Source: Antedon mediterranea
Lineage: Eukaryota; Animalia; Echinodermata
DNA length: 64,000 bases
Reading direction: 5' to 3'
Assembly (NCBI RefSeq): GCF_964355755.1
Contig: NC_092675.1
Coordinates: 491,812 to 555,811 of the forward strand
This document shows positions 40,115 through 62,077 of the stretch, one piece after another. Position 1 is the stretch's first letter. The number at the start of each line of letters is the position of its first letter. The position numbers and the translations under genes are program-made. The notes beneath the pieces were generated by a model. That model searched no databases, was not told the origin of the DNA, and was given only the letters and a program-made list of their open reading frames with translations.

Positions 40115-41764
40115 GTAAGAGTAAGACCCTGTTGAACCCACAAATAAAAACACACATCACTCACAAAAATGTGAGGACTGACCACAAATGTGAAAACAAA
40201 TAACCCACAAACAGCCCCAAGAGCATAAAAAAAAAATTATAATCAAATTTGTGCTTAAATCCAATCAAGGCAATCTTACATCAGGGGATGATGCTAAGCT
40301 CCGGAGATTACCTGTGGCTGCAACACCATCAGTCCACACCCACGACTAAACACTGTGTCGCATAGAATTTGGTATTTGTCGCAGCCAGATATAAGATCAA
40401 AGAACTGTTACAAGTTTCTTGGCAAGGCGAGCTCAGTGTGATAATCGTTCTCACATGGGGGATGATATTTTTTATAATTTTATTACGTTTGTGGGTGATT
40501 GTCACATTTTTGCAGTAGGTGGTTATTTTCATAATAAGATGTTGGTGATGCTTTTCACATATTGTGGTTGTTTAGACATTTTTGGTTGCTGTCGTGTTTT
40601 CACAAATCATGGTAGAAAGCATTTAAGTGTAGGCCTACCATATCAAGGATCGGAGTTAAAATCAATAGTGAAGTGTCCACAGTATATATATAACAATGCT
40701 ATACTAAAATTAATTTATTACAATCAATTCTGTAAAATAATTCATACAATCAAATATAGGCCTAATGAGTTATAAGAGTACAGAAAAACATCACTTGTTT
40801 TTAACCACCACATAGTAATAATATATGTTTAAATAATTTCATAAGGCCTCACCCAGAAAAAAATGTGGAAATAATTTGATCATCAAATGCAATTTTAATA
40901 TTAAAGTTGATTCAAGTATGGCAAACCCAAAATGTCAAATTCTGAGTACTTTACACATTATATTTACAGATGACTGTCTATGTTCCATAACCATGATCAT
41001 TTGAAGTTCATAGCATAATTCAAGATATTGTATACACACATTTTTGTACATAGTCAAGACATGTACATATTGCATGTCTATAATAGCATGTGATGTTAAA
41101 CAGTACTTCACAATTTGGCAAATTAATTCATTTAAAGATGTTAGCAAGTTTTAAAAAAGTATAAAATAAATCCCCATCCCTTTAATATATGGGCATATCA
41201 ATATATTGTTAAAAAAGAAACACAATACGATTCAATAATCGTGTATTAGTAAACAATCCTATTACACATATATAATTTGCAGTATATAACTGAATACTAT
41301 AATACAAGAAATTGCATTTTCAAAAAATGGTACAAAAGAAATTGCAAAAAATACATTACACACAGCGTATTAATGTACAACACCACATCCTACAGAAAAT
41401 TCCTGGTATGGAAACATATTGACCTACCATGTCAATAATGTCAAAGTTCGTTCTTATCCATAATTACTAAGTTGTAATTAAATTGATTTACATATTATTA
41501 TGGTTCACTATTTGTTGACAGACAGTACATTTCCATTATACTGTAGTTAAAAGTAAATCAAATAAAAAATTACAGTATACTGTACCATTATATTGTACTG
41601 GTACATGTATATTAAATAATACCTGTGTTTTATGGAAAACAAACAGTATAAAGTACTGTTACAGTATATTGATGGTATAAATACAATACTATACTTAGTA
41701 TAGGACTAAGAACAATCATGACAGTACTCAAAGAGTGAAGTTTGACTGGAGATGGGTAAAGATG

Positions 41765-42020
41765 ATGAAAGGACGGGAAAAGGAGTGAGGAAAAGACATT
41801 GAGTGAAAGGACAGCGAGAGAAAAGAGAATGAGATTGAGGAAAGAGACAGTGTTGGAAAAGACAGTGAGGGGGAGTGGTGAAATAAAGGGGAGTGAGGGA
41901 AAGACATTGAGGGAAAGGACAATGAAAGAAAAGAGAATGAGATTGAAGAGACAGTGTTGGAAAAGACAGTGAGGGGGGGGGGGGTGAAATAAAGGGGAGT
42001 GAGGGGAAATAGAGTGAGAA
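41765..42020. repeat. GA-rich ~110-bp tandem duplication
   Basis: aaagacattgag...aaaagagaatgagattga...gacagtgttggaaaagacagtgaggggg occurs twice. Confidence 0.7.
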
Positions 42021-43633
42021 GACCTATTAACAGTAACTTTATGTCTAATTTTCAAATTCAATGAAATAAAATAAAGTTCAATATTGAAGAAAATATCATT
42101 TGAATGATTATTATATGCTTTGTGTTACTACTGTACATAACCTGTAAAGTTTACTGTATATATTGTATGTTAAACAAAATCAAAGCGATTACTGTAATTT
42201 ATTTTACATTAAGTTCTAAAAAAAAAAAAATACTTTGAATACTAATTAGGAAATTTTATAAAACCTGCCCCTTTTATATAAAATCAGTAAATACCTAAAA
42301 TTACAAAAAAACTGAGAAATAATTCACACATAGAATTTAAATATGACAATATAAAACATTACAGTACAAATATTTAAAATAATTTACCCATCCAATTTAT
42401 ACGAAAAGTGGAATTCAAACATTTCAGGCTACTGTATTTAAAATATACCTCAACAATTATAAGCCAAACTATATTGAAAACCATGCAGCTCTCAATTGTT
42501 GATAAAAAAGTGGAATTATTTTTTTCGAAATATCAGGCACCACAGTATTTAAAATATAATCATCCACCTTGACAATATAAAAAAAACTATTATTGAAAAT
42601 CTATGTACTCTAATAGTTTATAAATATATAAATTTATCTAACAAAAGTATTTCATAAAATGGTATATAGAATGTTTTGGGGGTTTTCATTAAATCTGAGT
42701 ATTACTTTCATTCGTTCTGGAAGTGTTTTTATTATATACAAAAATACATAATTATAACTATCAACACTTTACAAGCAATTGTTAAAATTTATCAATTGTT
42801 ATAAAAAATGTATAAAACAAAATATCTATATATGTTAATTCCAATTTACAATGACAAGCGATAACAATAAGTGGAAAAGCTGATAGCTTGTCCCACGTAG
42901 AAACCGTATTCATCCTGCGCGGCAGGTTTGTGTAAATAGACTCTATATTTTTGTTTTCCCCTTTACTGTTGCCGATCGTCTGTGTTAATTTCTCAATAGA
43001 ACACTTGTTAATCATATTATAAATGAACTGTACAGACTTTATTAATTATAATTTACAAAATAAATGGTTAATAAGATTATTAAGTTCTCACACAGTTACG
43101 CAGATTAATTATTGATTGTATTGTCCCCTGGCGACACCCTGTTTACCCTTAATACCATTGTGATATGAACGTGTGATATGTTTTGGCACTCAGCCGACCC
43201 CTGTTCAGAAGACACCATATTAAGGAGATACTTTGTTGGCACCTGACAAGGTGTTTTCCTAATAGCGGTTCTTCTGTAGTTCATAAACATGCAGTTTTCC
43301 CACTACATTATAATATGAGCGTTTACTAAGGATTTGGTTTTGAACAGTGATTGTAAAATTGGTACTTGAGATTTAGATGTTTCATTCTGTTCATTTTTGT
43401 AGTTTTTAAATATTTTTTTGGCAGAGCTGAGCTGATTTTTAAAGTAGCGCTCAATCGAAAATGTTTGGTTACAATTTCCTCTTATTTGAGAGTAACTTGA
43501 AAATCGAATTTATTTGGGATTTTATTGCTTGTTTGTATCATTTAAAATAACCATAAATGCTCAAAATTAAATGAAATCAACAACTTGGTCTTTGTGTCCA
43601 TTAAAGATGAGTTGGTCATAGCAGTTATTCAAT

Positions 43634-53358
<9,725 letters not shown>

Positions 53359-54761
53359 GATGAATATTTATCAAAATATAATATTTTAGTAAATAGTGTT
53401 TACTTCAACCAGTTAGTCAACCAGTCTGCTTAATTCTGTGCTTACAATTCAATCAATTGTTCGGGGCACTGAGTGCTTTTAATTTGCATCTAAACTCCAT
53501 CCACTACAGTATGTTAATTATTCCATTATCTTCCTATATTCCATCTGCTTAATTTTATACACAACATCTGTAAAGAAGGTAAAAATCATTTATAAATACC
53601 TCTTAAAAGGAATTATATTTATTTTTATTCATAAATTTAAAAACAATAAGATCCATTATCTTTTGTCCAGAAATGTAATTTTTAATTCCGACACATGATT
53701 CACTCTCTCGATCAAAACGTTAATGTTACCATGAGAATCACAGTGCAAAGCCTGGATTGGTCAGCCATCTAGTAACGTTTAAATTTAACATACAAAGATA
53801 CAAATAATGTATTAACTAGCTGTCAAGTGTCAGGCTGTTTAGATTCATGTCAGGCCTTCGTGTTTTGAAAAATGCAGTTGTGATAGAAATTGCACTCCTC
53901 GTATTCAGGTGTGTGCTTGTACCTTGATGTGCTGATGATGTGCTAAAACTCTAAATTTAAGTTGAAAGAGAGGGTGGGGGGAGAGGGGGTTAGGGTTGTT
54001 TATGTGTTGCACTCTTCAAAAGACAAGGCATGTCCTGTGTAGAATTGTACAATAGATTGTCAAACAACAAATGACAATTGACATGAAGTTAGTATGATTT
54101 CCAAATTTGGGTTAAAAGCATTAGAAGCATTTCAATCTACAGTACTACAGTATTTGAAAACTTTTGGGCACAATGTTTTTTAGAACTGTGCACTAGAATA
54201 TGTGTTTTTGGCTATTAGTATCATACTATTATTTAATTGCATATAAAATAATAAATATAATTCTTTGAAATAAAAATTACTTAATTCAACGGTATTAGTT
54301 TTCATTGTTCTATTTAAACAACAGGTCAAGTTAAATATATTTCAAGGAAATACTGATGGATACTTTAGGGTATTTACAACGACAGAAAAGCAGATGTTCT
54401 GTCCCAACACAATAGAATCTAATTAGTCATAAAAAGTGGTGATGTAAATGGGACTTTAAAGTGTACCTCAGCAGACAATTACAAACATTCTTCTGTCAAA
54501 TATCATCATATATATCATCAGTTAAAAGTACCATTACTAATAATTGTCACAAGCATGGTGGTGCCTCTCTTAAAATGTGGAAATATAATATGTCATATAG
54601 TCTATAAAAAAATCAATTGTAAAAGTATTAAGATAAACTGTCTTTTTTGATTTTTAAAACCTAGACATTTGACAGCACTTCAAGGGGTAACTATTGATAT
54701 GCTAATTAAGTGTTGAGGGATATGAATGTGGATATTGATTGTTAATTTGTTTTAGTGGAGG

Positions 54762-54965
54762 GTGTTACTATCTAAGTGTTACTCTATCTAAGTGTTACTC
54801 TATCTAAGTGTTACTCTATCTAAGTGTAACTCTATCTAAGTGTTACTCTATCTAAGTGTTACTCTATCTAAGTGTTACTCTATCTAAGTGTTACTCTATC
54901 TAAGTGTTACTCTATCTAAGTGTTACTCTATCTAAGTGTTACTCTATCTAAGTGTTACTCTATCT
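54762..54965. repeat. 16-bp tandem repeat, ~12 copies
   Basis: Unit gtgttactctatctaa. Confidence 0.95.
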
Positions 54966-55414
54966 GTTTTATTTAGTTTATTTTGTAGTTGTTTGTTTCT
55001 ATATTGAGAATATTACTATGTGTAATTATCATTATCATTATTATTATTATACTACAGTTCAGAGGATACCACCACTATTTAAGGGAACAATTTCCTGTGA
55101 AATGATTAAGGACAAAATGTGGTAGAATACGACGGCCAAATGAGACATTTTTTTGGTTCTGAATGTGTTCTTCTACTGTAGTTATTATAATTTCTATTTT
55201 CTTAGAACTGGTTTGCACTACAATATTACATACATACAAAATTGCATATAATAATTCTTTGAAATAGTCAACCTAAATATGTGGGTGTCTACAAATTAAG
55301 GCTATTCTACCACACTTCCTTGAACACATCATCTTAAATAAATTTTGTTTATTTTAAAAGTACTGTACTACACTGTGTTGCTAATTAAATACACATGTGT
55401 TGAAACTTGCTTAG

Positions 55415-56110
55415 TTAATAATAATAATAATAATATTTATTCGGCAAAAGTTCATAAAGTACATTTTACAATTCATCTTGCCAGGAGCAAGTAATAGGCA
55501 TGAGCCCAAACAGAAAACTGCTCTTACTCCATCATTACTTATAAAATACAAAAATAACAAAACTAAGTAGCACAAATTAAGTCAAAATAAAACAAAACAA
55601 AACAAAGTTATAATGAGATACACCAATTAAAAATAAGCTGCATTGAATAAACAATATAAACAATTACAGTACAACTTAATATTTTGAGATCAAATGTTTG
55701 ATGAGTTGGGCTTTAAAGTCTGAAATTGTAGCACATTGTTTAATTTCATTGGGAAGTTGCTCCCATAATCTAGGGAAAATAACAAACGAAGAATTTAAAA
55801 ATGTATTCGTCTTTGCCTTCCAATGTATTAACCGCCCTTCACACCTCTCACTTGATCTCACAAACTCATTAAAGGATGATGGACAGAGGCCATGCATTAT
55901 TTTAAAACCTAATGTGAGTCTATACACTTTAAATATATCTTCAATACTTAAAATAGTTAGGGTCTTTAACCTATATAAATATGAAGTGTCCCAATTTCCT
56001 TCTTTTCTGTACATAATTATTCTAGTGGCCTTTCTCTGAACCCTTTCAAGTCTATACATATGAGATATTTCAGTAGGTGCCCACATACAACAACAGTAAG
56101 TCACAACAGT
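55415..56110 (-). mobile_element. 5'-truncated LINE (CR1/L2-like): ORF2 C-terminus plus 3'UTR and (tat)n tail
   Basis: WAP..LERVQRKATRII..SYLYRLKTL..FKIMHG..PRLWEQLPNEIK..SDFK is typical of the post-RT region. Ends aataaa(tat)n. Confidence 0.85.
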
Positions 56111-56254
56111 TATATATATACAGTAGTTGGTTACAAAAATGATTGAACATGGTTACATACAGTATTAACTTTTTGTTAATTATCGGACACATTAGTGTTT
56201 TTTACATTTAATAGAATATGGAGCATATCAGCAGCAAAGGAAATACAACTTCCA

Positions 56255-56322
56255 TGCCCACGGGGTCCATCTGCCCACGGGGTCTATCTGCCCACGGGGT
56301 CCATCTGCCCACGGGGTCCATC
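56255..56322. repeat. 17-bp tandem repeat, 4 copies
   Basis: Unit tgcccacggggtccatc. Confidence 0.9.
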
Positions 56323-56849
56323 TGCACTGAATAATCAGTAAAACATGATGACATATTTTCATAAATTTTTGTAGTTGACAGATTTAAAAATATTCTGTGT
56401 GAATTAGCATTTAAATTAATATTGCAAGAATGCATGTTTCTAAACGTATTTAATTTATTATCATATTTTCAAATTTATTTTACTACAGTATTTTGTTGAA
56501 ATAGCACTGAGCCAAAAGTAAAAATATATCTTAACAGTTTTATTTTTGGAAACTAAATATTTCCTTTACTTTATGGACTTGTCAATTGTATGACCCACTA
56601 TACAACCCTCAGGAGAGGTGGGTCATGGGTGGTGCCTCAATTACAAATAATTATTGATGCATAGGTGCATCAAAAAACCTAAATGCTACATCACATCAAT
56701 AAACAATGGTGTGTCAATGTCCGTCACTTTACCACCCACCATATCATGAACAACATGGTAATTGTTCTTCAAAATGGGTGCGTCATGGTTACCTAAATGC
56801 AAGACTTTTTTATGCAAGGGTGCGTCATGGTATTCATAAGGTATGACGC

Positions 56850-57520
56850 ACATCGGACAAATGACGCACCTCTCCCACTGGTGGTCGTATATTAGATAAT
56901 ACATTTGACAAGTGCATTAGGACATCGGACAAATGACGCACCTCTCCCACTGGTGGTCGTATATTAGATAATACGTTTGACAAGTGCATTAGGACATCGG
57001 ACAAATGACGCACCTCTCCCACTGGTGGTCGTATGTTAGATAATACATTTGACAGGTGCATTAGGACATGATGTCGAACAAATGACGCACCTCTCCCACT
57101 GGTGGTCGTATGTTAGATAATACATTTGACAAGTGCATTAGGACATCGGACAAATGACGCACCTCTCCCACTGGTGGTCGTATGTTAGATAATACATTTG
57201 ACAAGTGCATTAGGACATCGGACAAATGACGCACCTCTCCCACTGGTGGTCGTATGTTAGATAATACATTTGACAAGTGCATTCGGACATGATGTCGGAC
57301 AAATGACGCACCTCTCCCACTGGTGGTCGTATGTTAGATAATACATTTGACAAGTGCATTAGGACATCGGACAAATGACGCACCTCTCCCACTGGTGGTC
57401 GTATGTTAGATAATACATTTGACAAGTGCATTCGGACATGGTGTCGGACAAATGACGCACCTCTCCCACTGGTGGTCGTATATTAGATAATACATTTGAC
57501 AGGTGCATTAGGACATGATG
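56850..57520. repeat. 72/77-bp minisatellite, ~9 copies, followed by (gat)n
   Basis: Unit gacatcggacaaatgacgcacctctcccactggtggtcgtatgttagataatacatttgacaagtgcattag. Confidence 0.95.
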
Positions 57521-58718
57521 TCATGATGATGATGATGTCATGATGATGGTGATGATGATGATGTCATGATGACATGATGTCGAACAAATGTTCATGTAGA
57601 ATATATGTTTACATGTCAACATTCTTTTCCTTTAAGAATTTATATTTTAAATATTTATGAGAATTCTTTTATGATGCACGATTTGAACCGAGTCATTTCG
57701 AATTGCATGCAAAATTACTGGGGGCCAGTGGACAGATGAAATCGGTCGCGTTCGAACAATTTGGTAGTGTTTTTTAAATCGTCGGTCACTATAAATCGTT
57801 CTTGATACTGATAGTTTTTACACTTAATATTAAGGCAAGGCTTCATAAGTTCAACAAAAACTTATAATTTTTCTTGCGAATAAGTACGTTCTTTTAGTTA
57901 GTGGCGTTCATAAAAATATACAGCAGTACTTATTTTTTTTTGGGACCAATAATATAAAAACTGTAGTATTATTATGAAATGTATGCTTCTCAAGTTAGTT
58001 AGCCAAACTAGAACTTGACTATATACTGGCTGGCATAGACAGCCAGGGTAAGTCGGTCGCCATGATGATGCAGGTAGGCCTACTACTACTAGGCTAGGAC
58101 AGTAATAGTAGGCCTCTAGGCTAGTACTACCGGTAGTCTCTACTCGAGTCTTGTACTACATGCCACTTATTCCTAAAAGAAAGCTAATGTTAATAAAATA
58201 GGGAAGCACTAGCCTAGTGACTAGGGCTAGAGCCTATACAGTTGGTAGATAGAGATGCTAGTCCTACTAATTTATAGGCCTAGCCTAGCTAGCTAGGCCT
58301 ATTTATTTATTATAGATAGGCCTAGCCTAGCTAGGGCTAGGCCAAGAAAAAGTCCCGTCCCATCCGTCCACACACACGCACTCACTCAGCACACTGACCT
58401 TTTATTTCCTGGCCTCATTTAAACAGAGCAACATGTTCCTTCCTCCATTTAAAGTGTATTGTTTATCAAATCTGACCTTAAAATATAGTATTCATGGAAT
58501 CATAGAAAATAGAACTAAACGGAGGCCGTGTCGTCGAACACAGTGCACAGTACGGGCCCCACAGCAGTGTGTCGAACACACAAACAACACGGAAGTAAAA
58601 TAATAAATACTAGCCTTCTGCTCTCTACGTCACGTGGACGCCAAGAGGAAGTAGAGAGTCTAAGCCAAAAGAGTTGCAAATAATAACCGTCCAGAGGGCC
58701 CACTCTACTGGTGTAGAC

Positions 58719-59900
58719 CAGAGCCATATATATAATAATTTATTTGGAAAACGCTTTTTGAACAGCGGCACACATAATAATGGTGCATCCTTAAAACAAT
58801 TAAACATACAATATAAAAAATATGAGTATAAAAATAAAGATAAACTAGATTAAAACAGATAATACTCAGATAAAACGGAAGTTCGATAAAACCAAATTAA
58901 AAATAAACTGTAATACTAAAACCAATTAAATGCAACCCACATACATAAGCTTGGACACTAAATTAGCATATCAATTAGTATATGAACAAAGGAATATACA
59001 GTACTTAGAATCTATGTTAAGATATACACATTCTTGATACACAGTGTCTACCAGCAAAAATAATAAGGAACAATAGGAACCCAAATTATATATATAAAGA
59101 GTTACGACATTGGATTTAAGTCACGTGATATGCAGATCAATTTGTGTCAAACTTGTCTCCGTTAATGCATGTAAAGTATAGGAGCAAGAAATTACTTTAA
59201 ACTTTTTCTTATATTAAAAAAAATGTAATTGCACATTTTACGGTGGAATATCGACGTGCACAGCGTACAGAACCACTTGCGCCAAAGAATATTGCGCGCG
59301 CGTACGCTAGTACATTATAACGTTCGATTGATTGATTTTGGAACAAAACATCCCATAACTACGTCCCATTAATAACAATTATGTAATATTTTCAATTCAT
59401 AATGCATGCTTTGATGACTAAATAAAATAATAAAGTGTCGTGGATATATTTGTTAATATATTGAATAGGTATGAACAACATTAAAATAATAAAGGCAAAT
59501 TATTACAAATGAAATGATGAACGAGTCTCTGAAATTTTGTGTCAAAAACACACAGAGAGCCATATACTGTATAAAAAGAGGGGTGAATTTGTGTGTTTTT
59601 TGTATTGGTTCATGCTTTGATGTATCCTGACTTGCATGTAGGCCCTAGCATTTATTCTTTTGTTATTATAGACACAATATATCGTATATGTTACCAAATT
59701 AATACCATTAATAACTTTATTTACTAAAATAAAAACGGAATCTAAGCGTTATTTCATTGACAACAAAATCTAAAAATAATGCATGGAACTACAGGAAAAC
59801 GCTATACAAAAGAGACGCGCGCGCCTTCAGCGTGCGAATTCTTTGACACAAAAATGGCTTCTAATTTTCAATGTCGTAACTCTTTATATATATGGCTCTG
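58719..59900. mobile_element. hAT-type non-autonomous element whose left end is interrupted by a second insertion
   Basis: 8-bp TSD gtgtagac at 58711-58718 and 59901-59908. TIR cagagccatatatataa/ttatatatatggctctg. The inverted match resumes (aaagagttacgacattg) at ~59095. Confidence 0.85.
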
Positions 59901-60808
59901 GTGTAGACAGAGCCTAGCCATATATCAAAGATAGTGAGGTATATTCAGAGCGTCATTTCGACGATCGAGCATTCTCTACTTCTACGGAGCGCCATTTATG
60001 CCTTTATTTACTTCCAAATTAGAAATAGTACTAGTAACGGTAACTGCTCCAGTTGACCAAATTTAGCACCGGTGGAGCACAGTGATATAAAATAGAAATA
60101 AGTCACTGAATTGTAATATTATTTCGTATGTTAATAACACTGTGCTCAAGTGGACCCAATTTTGAGCCAAGGGAGCAAAATAATATAAAATAGAAATAAA
60201 TCACTGAATTTTAATATCTTTTCGTATGTTATACACTTTGCTCAAGTGGACCCAATTTGGAGCCAGGAGAGCACAGTGATATAAAATAGAAATAAGTCAA
60301 TGATTTTTAGTATCTTTTCGTCTGTTAATACACTGTGCTCAAGTGGACCCAATTTGGAGCCAGGGGAGCACAGGAAGAGTGATATAAAATAGAAATAAGT
60401 CACTGAATTTTAATATCTTTTCGTATGTTAATACACTGTGCTCCAGTGGATCCAATTTGGCGCCAGTGAAGCACAGGGAAATAGTCACATACAAAAACAC
60501 CAAGAAAAAATACTTCTGGATTTCAAAAATATTTCAAACTTGGTATATAAGTTCAATATCGGTTACTCCATCCGTAATGCAAAAGAAAAATTAGTTTCAA
60601 GCCATATCAGTGATTTTAGTAATTTTCGTTCGTTTAAAATGTATATTTATGATAGAACATAGAATTTCAACACATTTTAAATTTTGATCGTCATAAAATA
60701 ATTGAACATTTGAAATTTGGTAGTATACGTTCAATAGGTTACTACACGTTCAATATGTTACTACATAATTCATATTTTTAACATATGTCTTTAAAGTTTA
60801 AACAAATG

Positions 60809-60881
60809 TGACCAGCGTGGGAATCGAACCCACGACATACGTGTTGTCAACACGACGCTCAGGCGACTGAGCTAACTGATC
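60809..60881 (-). tRNA. tRNA-like gene or pseudogene, anticodon GAC (Val), with a tRNA-Ile-like body
   Basis: GATCAGT TA GCTC AGTCGCCT GAGC G TCGTG TTGACAA CACGT ATGTC GTGGG TTCGATT CCCAC GCTGGTC A. A 73-nt cloverleaf; the D-loop lacks the invariant GG. Confidence 0.65.
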
Positions 60882-60979
60882 ATTTTGGTTTTAACAAGGT
60901 TAATATGAAAGTTATCACGTAATGATGAATTACGTAATACACGTATAAATAGACTATTATCAGCTGATCAGTCATGTAC

Positions 60980-61070
60980 TACTTTGTAGCGTAACGGGTA
61001 ATGCTCAGGTTTGAGTGCTCTCAGCTCTAGTAGATTGGGTTCGAACCTAGCTCTACAGAATTTTTTTTTT
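60980..61070 (+). ncRNA. Degenerate tRNA-like/Pol III unit
   Basis: A-box-like tagcgtaacggg, B-box ggttcgaacc (61038-61047), then a T10 terminator. The cloverleaf is poor. Confidence 0.4.
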
Positions 61071-62077
61071 ATGGAAAATAATGAATATTGTTTTTATTTC
61101 ATTTTGAAAGAGAGATATTTTGAGGGTTGTTGAGGAAAATGTTTTATTTACATGATTTCAACAATCTTCTAATGTAAAGATTAACAACATCAACATTTAA
61201 CAGTGTTGCGTGTTGACCGCGAATGACTAACACACCATCTTCTCCATAATACACCTGCACAAACTCATTTGCATAACAACGCACGGCATACCAAACTGTT
61301 TAAAATAGAGCTGCAAGGTTCTCCTGAAATGACATCTATTATTTTTTCAAACAACATGTATAGAATCTTCAGTACCCCACAATGCTTGGGGCTGAGCAAA
61401 TTTTGAGAAATAGAGCTGCATTTTGAATTCCAGAAGTATATTTTCTCAAACCACTGGTGCCAAATTGGGTCCACTGGAGCACAGTTTATTAAAATACGAA
61501 TGAGATATAACATGATTTTATTTCTATGTTATATCCCTGTGCTCCGCTCGTGCCAAATTGGGTCCATTGAGCTCAGTGTAAATACAAATGAGATACTGTA
61601 TTAAAATGTAGTGAGACTTTATTTCTATTTTATATCCCTGTGCTCCCCTCGTGCCAAATTGAGCTCAGTGTAGGCCTATTAGATACAAATGAGATACTGT
61701 ATTAAAATGTAGTGACTTTATTTCTATTTTATATCACTCTGCTCCCCTCGTGCCAAATTGGGTCCACTTGAGCTCAGTGTATTAACATACGAAAATATAT
61801 TTAAATTAGTGACTTATTTCTATTTTATATCACTGTGCTCCACCGGTGCCAAATTTGATCCACTGGATCAGTTACCGTAGTACTATTTCTATTTCTGAAG
61901 GAAATAAAGGCATAAATGGCGCTCCTTAGAAAAGTAGAGAATGCTCCATCGTCAGAAATGACGCTCTGAATATACCTCGAACTGCTGGATGGATGGATCG
62001 TGCGAAATGGTTTCGTTGGACATGTATTGTTTACTTTTTTGGCATTAAAACATCACATTTTAAAAAGAAATTTGGTC

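Larger units (their letters stand above)
59936..61978. mobile_element. Foldback-type element with ~500-bp modular inverted arms
   Basis: gaggtatattcagagcgtcatttc... mirrored by ...gaaatgacgctctgaatatacctc. Each arm contains several ~97-bp subrepeats (ggagcacagtgatataaaatagaaataagtcact...gtggacccaatttgg). Confidence 0.88.

Noticed and set aside
40130-40610. Loose inverted cacaaa/tttgtg-rich arms
   Set aside because: Probably an old foldback remnant, but too degenerate to define ends.
41630-42061. 143-aa hydrophobic ORF
   Set aside because: Arises from the GA-rich duplicated low-complexity tract.
56686-57431. ORFs with MHLSNVLSNIRPPVGEVRHLSDVL repeats
   Set aside because: By-product of the 72-bp minisatellite, frameshifted by 77-bp variant units.
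59901-59913. hAT TSD plus flank (gtgtagacagagc) equals the MITE A terminus
   Set aside because: No MITE body is present on the other side of the hAT, so coincidence cannot be excluded.
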